Shown here in pieces: positions 1 to 12,875 of a stretch of 64,000 nt of DNA. Made by a program: the position numbers and the translations under genes. The DNA is from an uncultured delta proteobacterium (GTDB lineage: Bacteria > Myxococcota > Myxococcia > Myxococcales > Myxococcaceae): assembly GCA_963771175.1 (NCBI GenBank), contig CAVYSY010000037.1:1-64000 (forward strand). The letters run 5' to 3'. Every line of letters starts with the position of its first letter. Position 1 is the first letter of the stretch. Under the pieces are notes generated by a model. The model saw nothing but the letters and a program-made list of their open reading frames with translations. It made no database searches and was not told the origin of the DNA.

Positions 1-515
1 TGCTGGCGGCGAACGGGGGCGCGGACTCGGTGCTCGTCTACGAGCGGGCGCCCACCGCCCATACCTTCCGAGGCAGCATCACCCTCGTCACGGACGGAGG
101 TATCGACGCGGTGGAGCGTCCTCGCCACGTGGTGGTGAGCAACCGCGTCCTGGGCACCCGCTTCCCATTGGGAATGGTGGCCGTCCACGACAGCACCAAC
201 ATCGGGGGCACCGAGAACTTCAAGCTCGTCCCCTGGGATGCCATCGCCACCCGCTTCACGCCCAACCTCCTCGTGGACACCAATGGCGGGAACGGCATGG
301 ACGGGGGCACGGACGGGGGCACGCCGGATGGAGGCGCGGACGGGGGTGGACCCGACATCACCGCCCCGCCGCCGCCCGGCCCTCCCGGCTCGCTGCCCGA
401 TGACCTCGCTCTGAAGGAGTCGAGCTGTAACTGCTCCTCGGTGTCCGTGTCGGGCTCGGTGCTGTTCGTGCTGGCGGGCATGCTGCTGCTCTCGCGCCGG
501 CGCCGCGGGTCCTGA
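1..515 (+). CDS. MYXO-CTERM-anchored surface protein, phytase-like beta-propeller (5' part outside window)
   Basis: Gly/Pro linker, then CNCSS, a hydrophobic segment and RRRR tail; 'FPLGMVAVHD...NFKLVPW' resembles a beta-propeller phytase C-terminus. Confidence 0.7.
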   Translation, partial: LAANGGADSVLVYERAPTAHTFRGSITLVTDGGIDAVERPRHVVVSNRVLGTRFPLGMVAVHDSTNIGGTENFKLVPWDAIATRFTPNLLVDTNGGNGMDGGTDGGTPDGGADGGGPDITAPPPPGPPGSLPDDLALKESSCNCSSVSVSGSVLFVLAGMLLLSRRRRGS

Positions 516-561
516 TGCCGGTTGCCTCCCGGGGGGCGGCTGGGCTCAACTCGGCGCCCTC

Positions 562-2403
562 ATGTCTTCCTCCCGACTCCTCTTCGCGCTGGTGGCCCTC
601 GCGGCCGCCGGTTGCGCCAGCGCTCCGCGTCCCGCGGAGTCGTCCTCCCAGACGCCCCCCGCCCAGACGCAGGCCCTGAAGGCCGAGCCCCTCCGGCTCA
701 CGCTGGTGGGCACCAATGACTTCCACGGCTGGTTGATGCCCCATGACACCTCGCTGCCCGGTGGCCTCACGGTGCGCGAGGGTGGGGCGGCCGTCTTCGC
801 CGGTTACATGGCCCGGCTGCGCGCGGACAACCCGGGTGGCGTGCTGCTGCTCGACGCGGGCGACCTCTTCCAGGGGACGCTCGCCTCCAACCTCACCGAG
901 GGCGCCGCGGTCATCGACGCCTACAACCGCCTGGGCTACGCCGCCGCCGCGCTCGGCAACCACGAGTTCGACTACGGGCCGGTGGGCCCCCGCGCGGTGC
1001 CCGGGCCGGGCGAGGATCCCGTCGGAGCGCTCACCGCGCGCATCCGCCAGGCGCGCTTCCCGCTGCTCACCGTCAACGTCCGCGACGCCGCCACCGGCCA
1101 GCACCCGGCGTGGCTCGGCAATGACGGCACGCTGCTGGTGACGCTCCAGGGCGTGAAGGTGGGCGTGGTGGGCCTCACCACTCCGTCCACCCCTCGCATC
1201 TCCAACCCCGCCCACGTGGCCACCCTGCGCTTCGACGACATGGTGCCCACCACCCTGGAGGCCGCGAAGCGCCTGCGCGCCCAGGGCGCCGAGGTGGTGG
1301 TGGGCCTCGCCCACGCCGGTGGCAAGTGCGCCGACCTCTCCAACCCGCGTGACACCTCGAGCTGCGATCGGAAGGACGGGGAGATCTACGGCCTCGTCGA
1401 GTCGCTGCCGCCGGGCACGCTGGACGCCGTCTTCGCCGGCCACACGCACCAGGCCATGGGCCACTTCTTTGGCGAGGTGCCCGTCGTCTCCACCTCGGGC
1501 CTGGGCCGTTCCTTCAGCGTGGTGGAGCTCTTCGTGGACCCGGTGAGCCGCAAGGTGCTGCCGGAGCGCACCCGCCTCCAGGCCGCCGTGCCCGTGTGCG
1601 CCCAGGTGGAGGCGAAGAGCGGGAGCTGTGACGCGCGCAAGCTGAAGGAACTGGGCGCCCCGGTGCAGCTCGTGCCCGCCACGTTCCTGGGCGGGCCGGT
1701 GGTGGCGGATCCGGAGGTGGAGGCGATCGTGGCCCCCGCGCTCGCGCATGTGGAGGAGGAGCAGCGCCGGCCCCTTGGCGTCATCGTCGCCGAGCCTCTC
1801 GGGCGGAACTACGAAGGCGAGAGCGCGCTCGGCAATGTGCTCACGGATGCGCTGCGGGCGCTGGAGAAGGCGGATGTGGCCCTCCTCAACTCCGGCGGCC
1901 TGCGCGCCAACCTGAAGGCGGGTGCCCTCACCTACGGTGACCTCTACGAGGTGCTGCCCTTCGACAACACCGTGTCCATCGTCACCGTCACCGGGGACGA
2001 GCTGCGGCGCCTGCTGGCGGCCGCCTATGGCTCGGGCTCCGGCGTCTTCCAGGAGTCGGGTCTGAAGGTGACGCTCGCGCGCTGCACCGGCCCCGAGCGT
2101 CTGCGTGACGTCACCCTGGCCAATGGCAAGCCGCTGGAGTCCAGCCGCCTCTACCGGGTGGTGATGCCGGACTTCCTCGCTCGCGGCGCCGCCGGGCTTG
2201 GCTCCGTGTTGTCGCAGGTGCCCGCCGAGCGCATCGACCTGGGCATCGGCCGCGAGCTGATCCTCCGGGACGCGCTCGCCACCTGGTGGAAGACCCGCGG
2301 CACGCCCATCTCGGCGCCTGCTACAGGTCGCATCCGCTTCGTGGAGGAGGGCACGCCCTGCGCCTCCAAGGGCCCCGCAACCGCCCGTCCCGAGCGGCCT
2401 TGA
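562..2403 (+). CDS. Bifunctional metallophosphatase/5'-nucleotidase lipoprotein
   Basis: Lipobox AAGC; motifs TNDFHG, LDAGD, LGNHEFD, GHTH, NSGGLR, LPFDN. Confidence 0.92.
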   Translation: MSSSRLLFALVALAAAGCASAPRPAESSSQTPPAQTQALKAEPLRLTLVGTNDFHGWLMPHDTSLPGGLTVREGGAAVFAGYMARLRADNPGGVLLLDAGDLFQGTLASNLTEGAAVIDAYNRLGYAAAALGNHEFDYGPVGPRAVPGPGEDPVGALTARIRQARFPLLTVNVRDAATGQHPAWLGNDGTLLVTLQGVKVGVVGLTTPSTPRISNPAHVATLRFDDMVPTTLEAAKRLRAQGAEVVVGLAHAGGKCADLSNPRDTSSCDRKDGEIYGLVESLPPGTLDAVFAGHTHQAMGHFFGEVPVVSTSGLGRSFSVVELFVDPVSRKVLPERTRLQAAVPVCAQVEAKSGSCDARKLKELGAPVQLVPATFLGGPVVADPEVEAIVAPALAHVEEEQRRPLGVIVAEPLGRNYEGESALGNVLTDALRALEKADVALLNSGGLRANLKAGALTYGDLYEVLPFDNTVSIVTVTGDELRRLLAAAYGSGSGVFQESGLKVTLARCTGPERLRDVTLANGKPLESSRLYRVVMPDFLARGAAGLGSVLSQVPAERIDLGIGRELILRDALATWWKTRGTPISAPATGRIRFVEEGTPCASKGPATARPERP

Positions 2404-2635
2404 CATCGAGCCCGATCCCGCTCGCGGGCCGGAAAATCGGCTCGCGCGCGATCGGGCGGCACTCCGGGGGCTCGCGCAAGTGGCCGAGATTCGGACGGAT
2501 CTCCTCCGGAGGCTAAAAATCGGCCTCCGATCAGTTTCCAACTCCTGAATTCCTCCTTACTCTAGTGGGGGCGAGTCGTGATCCGTGGAGCCTTTCGAGG
2601 CCCGATCACGGCCCGCCCGGCTGGGAGGGACGCAC

Positions 2636-3037
2636 ATGCTTTACAAGGTTACCCCGATGATGCCGCCGCCGGCCTCGAAGGAGGCCAAGACGACGCGCGA
2701 GCCGGGGCAGCCGCGCAAGCGGCGCAAGTCGGCGGTCTACGATGCCGACGGGCACGAGGTGCTCATCTCGCTGATGTGTATCAAGTGTCGCAGCCTGAAG
2801 CCGCTGGCGCAGTTCGGTCTGCGGAAGATGGCGGACGGGGCCATCCGCAACCAGCCGTGGTGCCGCACCTGCCGCTCCGGCGCCGGGACGCGCAAGCCCA
2901 AGGCCGAGGCCGAGGAGAAGGTCACCGAGGCCATCGCCGAGGCTCCCGCCGCGGTCTCGCCCAACCTCCAGGTGGTGCCGGTTCCGGCCGTCCCCCTCGA
3001 GGACGAGGCGCCGATCGCCGTCGCCTCGCAGGGCTGA
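2636..3037 (+). CDS. Small basic protein with putative C4 zinc finger
   Basis: GGAGG SD before ATG 2636; CIKC...CRTC; PRKRRKS basic patch. Confidence 0.7.
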   Translation: MLYKVTPMMPPPASKEAKTTREPGQPRKRRKSAVYDADGHEVLISLMCIKCRSLKPLAQFGLRKMADGAIRNQPWCRTCRSGAGTRKPKAEAEEKVTEAIAEAPAAVSPNLQVVPVPAVPLEDEAPIAVASQG

Positions 3038-3218
3038 GGCAGGGCCCGGCTGATCCGCTGGAGACGTGTCCCTCCGAGGGGCGGAGCGCTTCGCTTCGAC
3101 CCCGGGTGGAGGGATCCGCCCGCTGCCAGGGCTCTGAGGGGGGATACCATCCGCCCCGGGGGCGAGTAGTATCCGAGGGTTGGCGGCGCGGCTCTCCGAG
3201 ATCGCCTGGGACTGATGC

Positions 3219-3842
3219 ATGAGTGATGACACGCAGGTGGGCAGCGGCTCCGTGTACGACACGGAGCAGGACCTGACTCAGCGATTGATCCTGGCGACGC
3301 CGGATCACACCACGCGCGGCATCCTATTCATGGCCACGCTGAGGACACTCCGGGAGCTCGGGGTGGACGAGGCGACGGTGCGGAGCTGCCTGGCTGCGTG
3401 CGGGGAATCGGAGTTCGTGGAGTTCTTCAACTACCCCACGAGCTCGCTCCTCCGGTTGCTCGGGGCCGCGGCGCGGGTGCTGAGCCCCAAGTACGGGAGC
3501 TACGAGGAGGCCATGCGACAGATCGGGTGGATGTCCGGGGACATCTACATGGCCTCCACCGTGGGTCGGTCGGCGCAACAGATGATGGGTGGAACGGACC
3601 CGATGCAGTGGGTGCGTGCCCTGCAGGCGCTCTACAAGGTCGTGATGGTCTACTCGGAGCCGTCGGTCATCTGGATGGGGCCGAAGCGAGGCATCCTCGC
3701 CGTCGAACGCACCTTCACGCCACTCGCGTACCACGAGGGAGGAGCGCTCGCGATCGCCAAGCGGCTCGGCGTGCAGAACGTGAAGGTGCGCGCGAGGAGT
3801 ACGGGGCAGCTCAGCGTCGAGCTGGACCTCTCCTGGGAGTGA
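3219..3842 (+). CDS. DUF2378/TIGR02265-like myxobacterial protein
   Basis: 'DLTQRLILATPDHTTRG', 'FFNYP', C-terminal 'LDLSWE'. Confidence 0.8.
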   Translation: MSDDTQVGSGSVYDTEQDLTQRLILATPDHTTRGILFMATLRTLRELGVDEATVRSCLAACGESEFVEFFNYPTSSLLRLLGAAARVLSPKYGSYEEAMRQIGWMSGDIYMASTVGRSAQQMMGGTDPMQWVRALQALYKVVMVYSEPSVIWMGPKRGILAVERTFTPLAYHEGGALAIAKRLGVQNVKVRARSTGQLSVELDLSWE

Positions 3843-3878
3843 AGCCGGGCCTTCCCCGCCGACGAGCGGGGAAGGGAA

Positions 3879-6659
3879 CTACAGGCGCAGCCCCGCCGGG
3901 AGGGTGTCACCGAGGGCCCGCGCTTCGTCCGCGGCCTCCAGCGCCACCACCTCCGTCACCATCCGCACCCAGGTGTCGGCCGCCTTCGCCGCGCGCAGGG
4001 CCTGGGCCGTCTTCGCTCGCAGCTCGGGGCTGATGTCCCGCATCCGGTCCCCCGTGAGCCGCGCGAGCTGCGCCGCCGCGAACGGCGCCCCGTCGATGTG
4101 CTTGAGGTCCAGCTCCAGCAGCAGCGACAGCCAGGACTCCGCCACCTCCACGTCCACCACCTTGTGGCCGCTGCCGTACAGCGGCACCCGCGCGCCCAGC
4201 CGTCCCAGCGCCCACGACCACGGGCCGCCGCTCTTGCTCTCCGCCTTCAGCCGCGCCGCCACCCACTGGCCCAGCTCCGCCTTGTCGCTCGGGTCGATGT
4301 GCTCCAGCGAGGCCGCCGTGCGCACCATCTCGTCCAGGCCCTCGGGCTGGATGCCCTTGAGCTTGGTATGGGGCTGCGTCACGTCCGGCGGCACCTTCCT
4401 CGCCAGGTGCGGCTTCAGGTAGTCGTACAGCTTGCGCTGCTGCGCCTCGCTCAGCCCGCCCGCCATGCGCCGCCACATCACCCAGAACTCAATCCACACC
4501 GCCTTCTCGGTGTGGTGCTGCACGAGCTGGTCGAACAGCCCGAACGTCTGCTCCGCCCGCCAGTGGTCCAGCGGGTAGCCGAAGCCCGGGCGCAGCGTGA
4601 AGCCCGTCAGGCTGTAGAAGACGCGCTCGTGGTCCGCCGTGCGGCGCCGCTTGGAGGCCCCCGCGAACAGCGAGCTCCACAGCTCGCGCAGCACCGGCAC
4701 CCGCCATGTCTCCTTCGGGCCCAGCACCTTCTCCAGCGTGCGCGAGAGCTGCTTCACGTCCTTGGGGCCGATGGGCAGCGGCTTGTTGCCGTACACCCGC
4801 TCCACGTTCTCCTTCGCCTCGGCGAAGCGCGCGGGCATGGACTCGGTGACGGTCAGCTCGCGCTCGCCGCCCGTGCCCCGCAGCTCGAACTCCAGCCGCC
4901 AGCGCTCGTCCGCCACGTTCGACACGGCGAAGAGCTCCAGCGTGCCGATCTCCGTGAGCCCCGCCTGCAGGTGGACCGGTACCTCCGCTGTCTTCCCCGC
5001 GCCGCCCTTGAGGATGGTGTGGATGGGCGGCAGGGGCTTCAGGTCCTCCGAGAGCGGCACCACGTCGCCCGGCTTGTCGATGCGGTCGCTCGTGGTGGAG
5101 TACAGCGTGAACTGCACCGGCCGCCCCAGGGTGAGCGTGAAGGACCGCTCTCCGATGTCGACCTGGTTGCCCTCCTCGAAGCCTCGGGGGATGAGGCACA
5201 GCACCGGCTGCTCCGCGCTGTCCGCCGTGCGCTGCAGGGCCACGTAGTACGCGCGCGCCGCGCCACCACCGATGCGCAGGCCGTGCCCGCGCCGCACCAG
5301 CCCGTAGTAGGCCGCGCCGCGAGCCACCGCCAGCTCCAGCGACTCGTGCTTCAGCAGCCGGATGCGCGGGGCTCCCGGCCACCACGCGCTCACCGCGTCC
5401 ACCAGCCGCTCGGTGAGCTGCGGCGAGTTGAAGACGCCGCCATTGAGCAGGATGGCGTCGGGGCGGGGCAGGGCACCCTCCGCGGGAGCCGTCTCGCCCA
5501 GCGCCGCGAAGCCCGCCGCCGCGTGCTGCGCGAGGAAGGTCGCCAGGTGCCGGGTGATGGCCGCGTCCTGCGCGTACGGAAGACCGAGCTCCTGGAGCGC
5601 CATGCGCGACACGCGCCGGGGACGCTCCTGCGCGCCCGAGCGGGGGAAGAAGCCGTCCATGACGATGGCCTCCGCCTCCTCGCGCGTGAGGTCCGTGGAC
5701 AGCGAGCCTCCCAGCAGTCGGCTGCCCTCGGCCACCAGGGACACGCCGTAGCGCTCCGGCGGACTCGAGCCCAGCAGCGCCTCCTTGGCGGTGCGCGCCG
5801 CCTGGATGGCCTGCGTCCACTGGGTGGCGGACAGGCGCCGGTTGCCCTCCGGGAAGAGCTTCTCCTCCACGCGCCGGGCCAGCGCGGCATCCATGTTGTC
5901 GCCGCCGAGCATCAGGTGCTCGCCCACCGCGAGCCGCCGCAGCATGGGGCCCTCGGGGGACACGCCCGCGTGCACGAGGGTGAAGTCCGTGGTGCCGCCG
6001 CCTACGTCCACCACCAGCACCAGCCGCACGTTCTCCAGCGACTGCGCCAGGTCCTTCCGGTGGCGCGCGGTGAAGTCGTAGAAGGCCGCCTGCGGCTCCT
6101 CCAGGAGGGTGAACTTCTCCAGGCCCGCCTTGCGCGCGGCGCTCACCGTGAGGGCGCGTGCCGCCTCGTCGAAGGAGGCGGGCACGGTGATGACCACCTC
6201 CTGCTGGGCCAGCGGCGCCTCCGGGTGGGCGTGGTTCCACGCGCGAGCCATGTGCGAGAGGAGCAGGGCGCTCGCCTCCACCGGGGACAGCTTCGCCACG
6301 TCCGCCGGAGCACCCCACGGAAGGATGGGCGCCGAGCGGTCCACGCCCGGGTGGCACAGCCAGCTCTTCGCGGACGTCACCACCCGGCCCGGGCACCCGA
6401 GCGCCCTGCCAGCGGGCGAGCTCGCCCACCACCTGCGTGGCCGCCCTCGCCCCAGGGGAGGCGGAGCGACTCGGCCGCCAGTTCATGGCCGGCGGGCACG
6501 TAGACGCACGAGGGCAGCAGCGACCGCGGGCTCACCTCGCCCTGGCGCACCAGTTGGGGGACGGGGAAGTCCTCCACGGGTGCGGTGGGGCCCTTGCGTG
6601 GGGTCCACCGAGGCGACGGCGCAGTGGGTGGTTCCGAGGTCGATGCCGACGATGTGCAT
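3879..6659 (-). CDS. Hsp70-family protein with long C-terminal (DUF3731-like) domain; frameshifted in the 5' region
   Basis: MHIVGIDLGTTHC at 6659; VITVPASF, EEPQAA, DVGGGTTD, LGGDNMD, AVARGAA. Confidence 0.88.
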
Positions 6660-6696
6660 AGGCGTGCGTGCGGCCCTCCCTGGCCGCGGGCTCCTT

Positions 6697-8550
<1,854 letters not shown>

Positions 8551-8567
8551 ATGGGCTCAATCTGGTG

Positions 8568-9158
8568 TCAGGAGAGCTCGACTTCAGCGGGCGCGAGCAC
8601 GCGCGGGTCCAGCGCCGGGCTGGTGGTCGGGAATTTCACGGCCGTGGTCACCCAGCCGTGGTGCTTGAGCGCGCCGGTATAAGGAGGCTGGCCGGCCACG
8701 TTGCCGGTGAGGCGGATGCGCTGGGCATCGAAGCCCGGAGGCACGTTCACCGCGTCCCCCTCGGACTGGGGCAGCACCGGCTCCAGGGCGAGGTACTGGC
8801 GCACCACCTTGCGGCACCCCTCGTGGACGATGCGGGCGGCGGCGCCCACATCCGCGTCCGGGAAGGCGGCCACGTCCTCCTGGAGGAAGTCGATGAGGCG
8901 CCCCTCGCGCTGCAGCATGGAGAGCAACTGGAGGGCCGAGGCGTGCTCCCGCTCGGGAGGCAGCGCGGGGGCCGGCTTCTCTTCCTCCTTGGCCGGCAGC
9001 TCGGCGGGAGTGGGGCCAGCTGGCAGCTTGCCGGCATCATGCGCCTGGCGCACCGGCAGTACGGCCCGAGCGAACTCCGGGTAGAGCCAGATTCGCCAGA
9101 AGCAGACGAAGGCGAGCCAGAAACGGGCGAAGAACGAAAGCGAGGGCTGTTCGGTCAT
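8568..9158 (-). CDS. DUF2760 domain protein
   Basis: 'ALQLLSMLQREGRLIDFLQED', 'HHGW', 'APAEVEL'; directly upstream of the Hsp70 pair. Confidence 0.85.
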   Translation of the reverse strand: MTEQPSLSFFARFWLAFVCFWRIWLYPEFARAVLPVRQAHDAGKLPAGPTPAELPAKEEEKPAPALPPEREHASALQLLSMLQREGRLIDFLQEDVAAFPDADVGAAARIVHEGCRKVVRQYLALEPVLPQSEGDAVNVPPGFDAQRIRLTGNVAGQPPYTGALKHHGWVTTAVKFPTTSPALDPRVLAPAEVELS

Positions 9159-9211
9159 CGGCCCCGGATAACAGAGCGCCGGAGCTTTTCAACGACTTGG
9201 AGGCCCAAATG

Positions 9212-9243
9212 AAAAGGGCCTCACTGTTTCCAGTGAGGCCCTT
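9212..9243 (-). terminator. Intrinsic terminator after tRNA-Ala
   Basis: AAGGGCCTCACTG-TTTC-CAGTGAGGCCCTT hairpin with a T run on the minus strand. Confidence 0.85.
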
Positions 9244-9253
9244 CCCTGTTGCA

Positions 9254-9329
<76 letters not shown>

Positions 9330-9395
9330 GCAACCACTACATGTGTCCCAACAGCCGGCGGGGCGCTGCTGTTTCCCGCCGCGAAGACGAACGGG

Positions 9396-9424
9396 CAGAT
9401 ACAAGACCCTATTCCACGTGTCAA
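9396..9424 (-). promoter_or_regulatory. Putative sigma70 promoter of tRNA-Ala
   Basis: TTGACA-17 nt-TATCTG on the minus strand. Confidence 0.55.
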
Positions 9425-9513
9425 GGCGGGAATCTTCAGTACCTCTTGCGCGATTGACGCGCGGCAACTCCGGGTGTCATAAGAACCCCCTCCACAGGCG
9501 CCTCCATTACGGA

Positions 9514-11847
9514 ATGTCTACCTCTCCCTCGAAGACGTTGAGCCCGGCCGAGCTTGCGAAGCTGGAGCACGCGTTCGCATCCGACCCTTCCTCTGATGCT
9601 TACCGGCCTCTGGCCGAGGCCTATCTGGCCGCTGGGCCGCTTCATGGAGGCCATGGTCGTCTGCAAGAAAGGGGTGAAGGCTCACCCTGATCGTGCGGAG
9701 CCTCGCCTCCTTCTCGCTCGCGTGTACTCGGAGCAGGGCAAGGACAAGAAGGCCCTGGAAGAGGTGCTCGGCGCCCTCCAGGCACAGCCGGACGACAAGT
9801 CCTCCCTGCGCATGGCCGGAGCCCTCCAGCTCAAGACCGGCGAGGCCGAGGTCGGCACGGCGAACCTCCTCAAGGCGTATGCGGCGGACCCCGCCGACGC
9901 CGAGACGCTGGCGGTGATGCAGCAGTACAAGGTGCAGCCGCCCCAGGCCGCCGCGCCCGCTCCTGCTCCCGTTCCCGTGGCCCCCGCCCCCGTGGCGGCT
10001 CCGGCTCCCGTGGCCGCCGCTCGCCCGGTGGCCGCTGCTCCGGCTCCGGTCGCCGCTCCCGTCACCGCCCGCAGGCCGGCGGACGGGGACGCCGAGGCCC
10101 CGCGTCCCAAGGCCCGCGCCGAGCAGCCCGCTCGCACCGCGGCCCGCCGCGCGCCAGTGGTCGTCGAGGACGACGACACGACGACGACGACGACGCGCCT
10201 CGCAAGCCGCGCAAGACCGGCTCCGGCGGCGGCAAGTTCGTCACGCTCGGCCTGCTCATCGCCGTGCCCCTCATCCTGGGCGGCTACTTCTTCCAGGGGC
10301 GCATGGCCGCGCAGCGCAACCGGGAGATCAAGAAGCAGCTCGACGTGGCCACCGAGCAGCTCAAGCACGACTCCTTCGACTCCTACAAGAAGGCCTGCGA
10401 CGCGGCCAAGCTGGCGATCGAGGTGGACCCCGACTCCACCGCCGCGCACGGCTACCTGGCCTACGCCTACGCCATCCGCTGGGGTGAGCACGGCGGTGGT
10501 GACGACGCCCGCAGCCAGGCCGAGGAGCATCTGGCCGCGGCCAAGAAGAGCGGGGAGATCAGCTCGCACCTGTACGCCGCCGAGGCCCTCGTCAAGACGT
10601 ACGGCGGCAAGGGCAAGGAGGCTCTCACCGAGCTCGAGGGGCGCGTGAAGTCCTTCGACGAGCAGGGCAAGCGCAGCTCGCTGCTGTACCTGACGCTCGG
10701 CCTCATCCAGATGAACGCGGGTGACCTGGATCGCGCCAAGGACAACCTGGAGAAGGCCCAGGGCCTGTCTCCGGACGACCCGCGCATCTACGCCGCGCTC
10801 GGCGCGGTGTACCGCCGGCTCGGCCAGGACACCATCGCCTGGAAGAACTACGACTTCGCGCTGCGCTACGAGAAGGACCACCCCGAGTCCCTGCTCGGCA
10901 AGTCCCTGCTGATGCTGGAGCAGGACGAGCCCAACTTCGCGATGGCGTCGCTGATGATCAAGAAGCTGCTGGAGGCCCAGCCGCCTCCGTCGCCGCGCCA
11001 GCTCGCGGCCGCCTACCTGGCGCGCTCGCTGCTCATCTCGCGCGTGTCCGCGGGCCTGGAGAAGTTCAAGCCCGAGGAGCAGGCGAAGCTCGCCGAGGTC
11101 ACCGGCGTGCCCACCGACAAGGAGAAGGCGCGTCAGGAGATGCACAAGGCCGAGGAGACGGGCTTCACCCTGGACAAGCAGAGCCCCGAGCTGCTGCTCA
11201 TCAAGGGCCGCCGGCTGCTGTCCGAGAACCAGTTCGATCAGGCCGCCGAGGAGATCCGCAAGGCCATCAAGATGGATGGCACGCGCGCCCAGTTCTACGT
11301 CGAGCTGGCCAAGGCCCTCATGGGCAAGCCGGGTGGCGAGAAGGAGGCCTCCGAGGCGCTCGTCACCGCCATCAAGACGATGGGCGACAGCCCCAAGCTG
11401 CTCACCATGCTGGGCAACGCCTACCGCCGGCAGAACAAGCTGGATGAGGCGCTCTCCACGTACGAGCGCTCGGTGAAGGACGCCAACGCGAAGAACCCCG
11501 AGGCCCGCCTGGCCATCGGCACCATCTATCGCGAGCGCTCGATGTGGGGGAAGGCGCAGGAGTCCCTGGAGAAGGCGGCCACCGAGTTCATCGGCCAGCC
11601 GGACCGGGCGGCCACCACGCTGGTCGAGCTGGCGCGCGTCTTCGAGGGCAAGGGCGACGCCGCCAAGGCCGATGAGACCTATCAGAAGGCCTTGAACGCG
11701 GACGAGAGCTTCTCGCCGGCCTACTACTACTACGCGGCGTTCCTCTCGAAGGACAAGAAGCAGGCCGCCAAGGCCAAGGCGCTGGCGCAGGAGTACCTCA
11801 AGCGCGAGCCCAAGGGCGAGTTCGTGGCCCAGGCCCAGGCGCTGTGA
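9514..11847 (+). CDS. Large tetratricopeptide-repeat membrane protein (frameshifted)
   Basis: N-terminal TPRs, Ala/Pro linker, TM segment, C-terminal TPRs; frameshifts near 9630 and 10180. Confidence 0.8.
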
Positions 11848-11983
11848 GCCGGGCTGCCGCTTCCGACAAGCGGCGCTGATATCCACGGGCGCGGGGATGG
11901 CACTCATCCCGCGCCCGTTTGCTTGATGCGAGGCGCGCCCCTGTGTAAGGGGAGGGCCGTTTTCCACACTGGGCGGAGTCTGC

Positions 11984-12868
11984 GTGAGCGCGCGAGCCGT
12001 GAGTCTGTCGAGCATCGCTTCGGACCTGATGTCTCTCACCAAGCCGAGGCTGTCGGGCCTGGTGATTGCCACCACCGCGGGCGGCATGTGGCTGGCCCCC
12101 GGCGAGCTGACGGTGGCCCGCATCCTGGTGACGCTGCTGGCCACCTCCGGCACGGTGGGCGCCGCCAACGCGCTCAACTGCTACTGGGAGCGCCACAGCG
12201 ACCGCTTCATGGCGCGCACCCGCAACCGGCCGCTGCCCTCGGGGCGCATGGAGCCGGCGGTGGCGCTGGGCTTCGGGCTGCTGCTGGCGGCCGTGTCCCT
12301 GCCGGCGCTCGCGCTGGGCGCCAACCTGCTCACCGCGGGGCTGGGGCTGCTGGCGCTGCTCAGCTACGTGCTCGCGTACACCCCGCTCAAGTCGCGCACC
12401 TCGGCCGCCATGCTGGTGGGCGCGGTGCCCGGCGCGCTGCCCCCGCTCATGGGGTGGACGGCCGTCACCGGGCAGATCGACGCGGGCGGCTACGTCCTCT
12501 TCGCCATCCTCTTCCTGTGGCAGATCCCCCACTTCATCGCCATCGCCCTGTTCCGCAAGGACGAGTACGCGGCGGCCGGCCTCAAGTCCGTGCCGCTCGA
12601 GCGGGGCGATGACTCCAGCCGGCTGCAGATCGTCCTCTATCTCGTGGCGCTGGTGCCCATGACGCTGCTGCCCTTCCAGCTGCGCATCGCCGGCGGGTGG
12701 TATCTGGTGGCCGCGGTGGTGCTGGGCCTGTCGTTCCTCGGGCTGGGGGCCAAGGGGCTCTTCCGGCAACTGGGAAGGGCCTGGGCCCGTCAGACGTTCC
12801 TGTTCAGCCTGCTGTACCTGGCCGGCCTCTTCGCCGCGCTGATGCTCGACAGCGGGGGACACGGTTGA
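11984..12868 (+). CDS. cyoE: Heme o synthase (protoheme IX farnesyltransferase)
   Basis: LTKPR, 'D.FMARTRNRPLPSG', YTPLK, 'GAVPGALPPLMGW', WQIPHF. Confidence 0.95.
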   Translation: MSARAVSLSSIASDLMSLTKPRLSGLVIATTAGGMWLAPGELTVARILVTLLATSGTVGAANALNCYWERHSDRFMARTRNRPLPSGRMEPAVALGFGLLLAAVSLPALALGANLLTAGLGLLALLSYVLAYTPLKSRTSAAMLVGAVPGALPPLMGWTAVTGQIDAGGYVLFAILFLWQIPHFIAIALFRKDEYAAAGLKSVPLERGDDSSRLQIVLYLVALVPMTLLPFQLRIAGGWYLVAAVVLGLSFLGLGAKGLFRQLGRAWARQTFLFSLLYLAGLFAALMLDSGGHG

Positions 12869-12875
12869 CTCAAGG

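Noticed and set aside
11898..11913. Sigma54-like TGGCAC-N-CCGC upstream of cyoE
   Set aside because: The -12 element is a poor match and such matches arise by chance in GC-rich DNA
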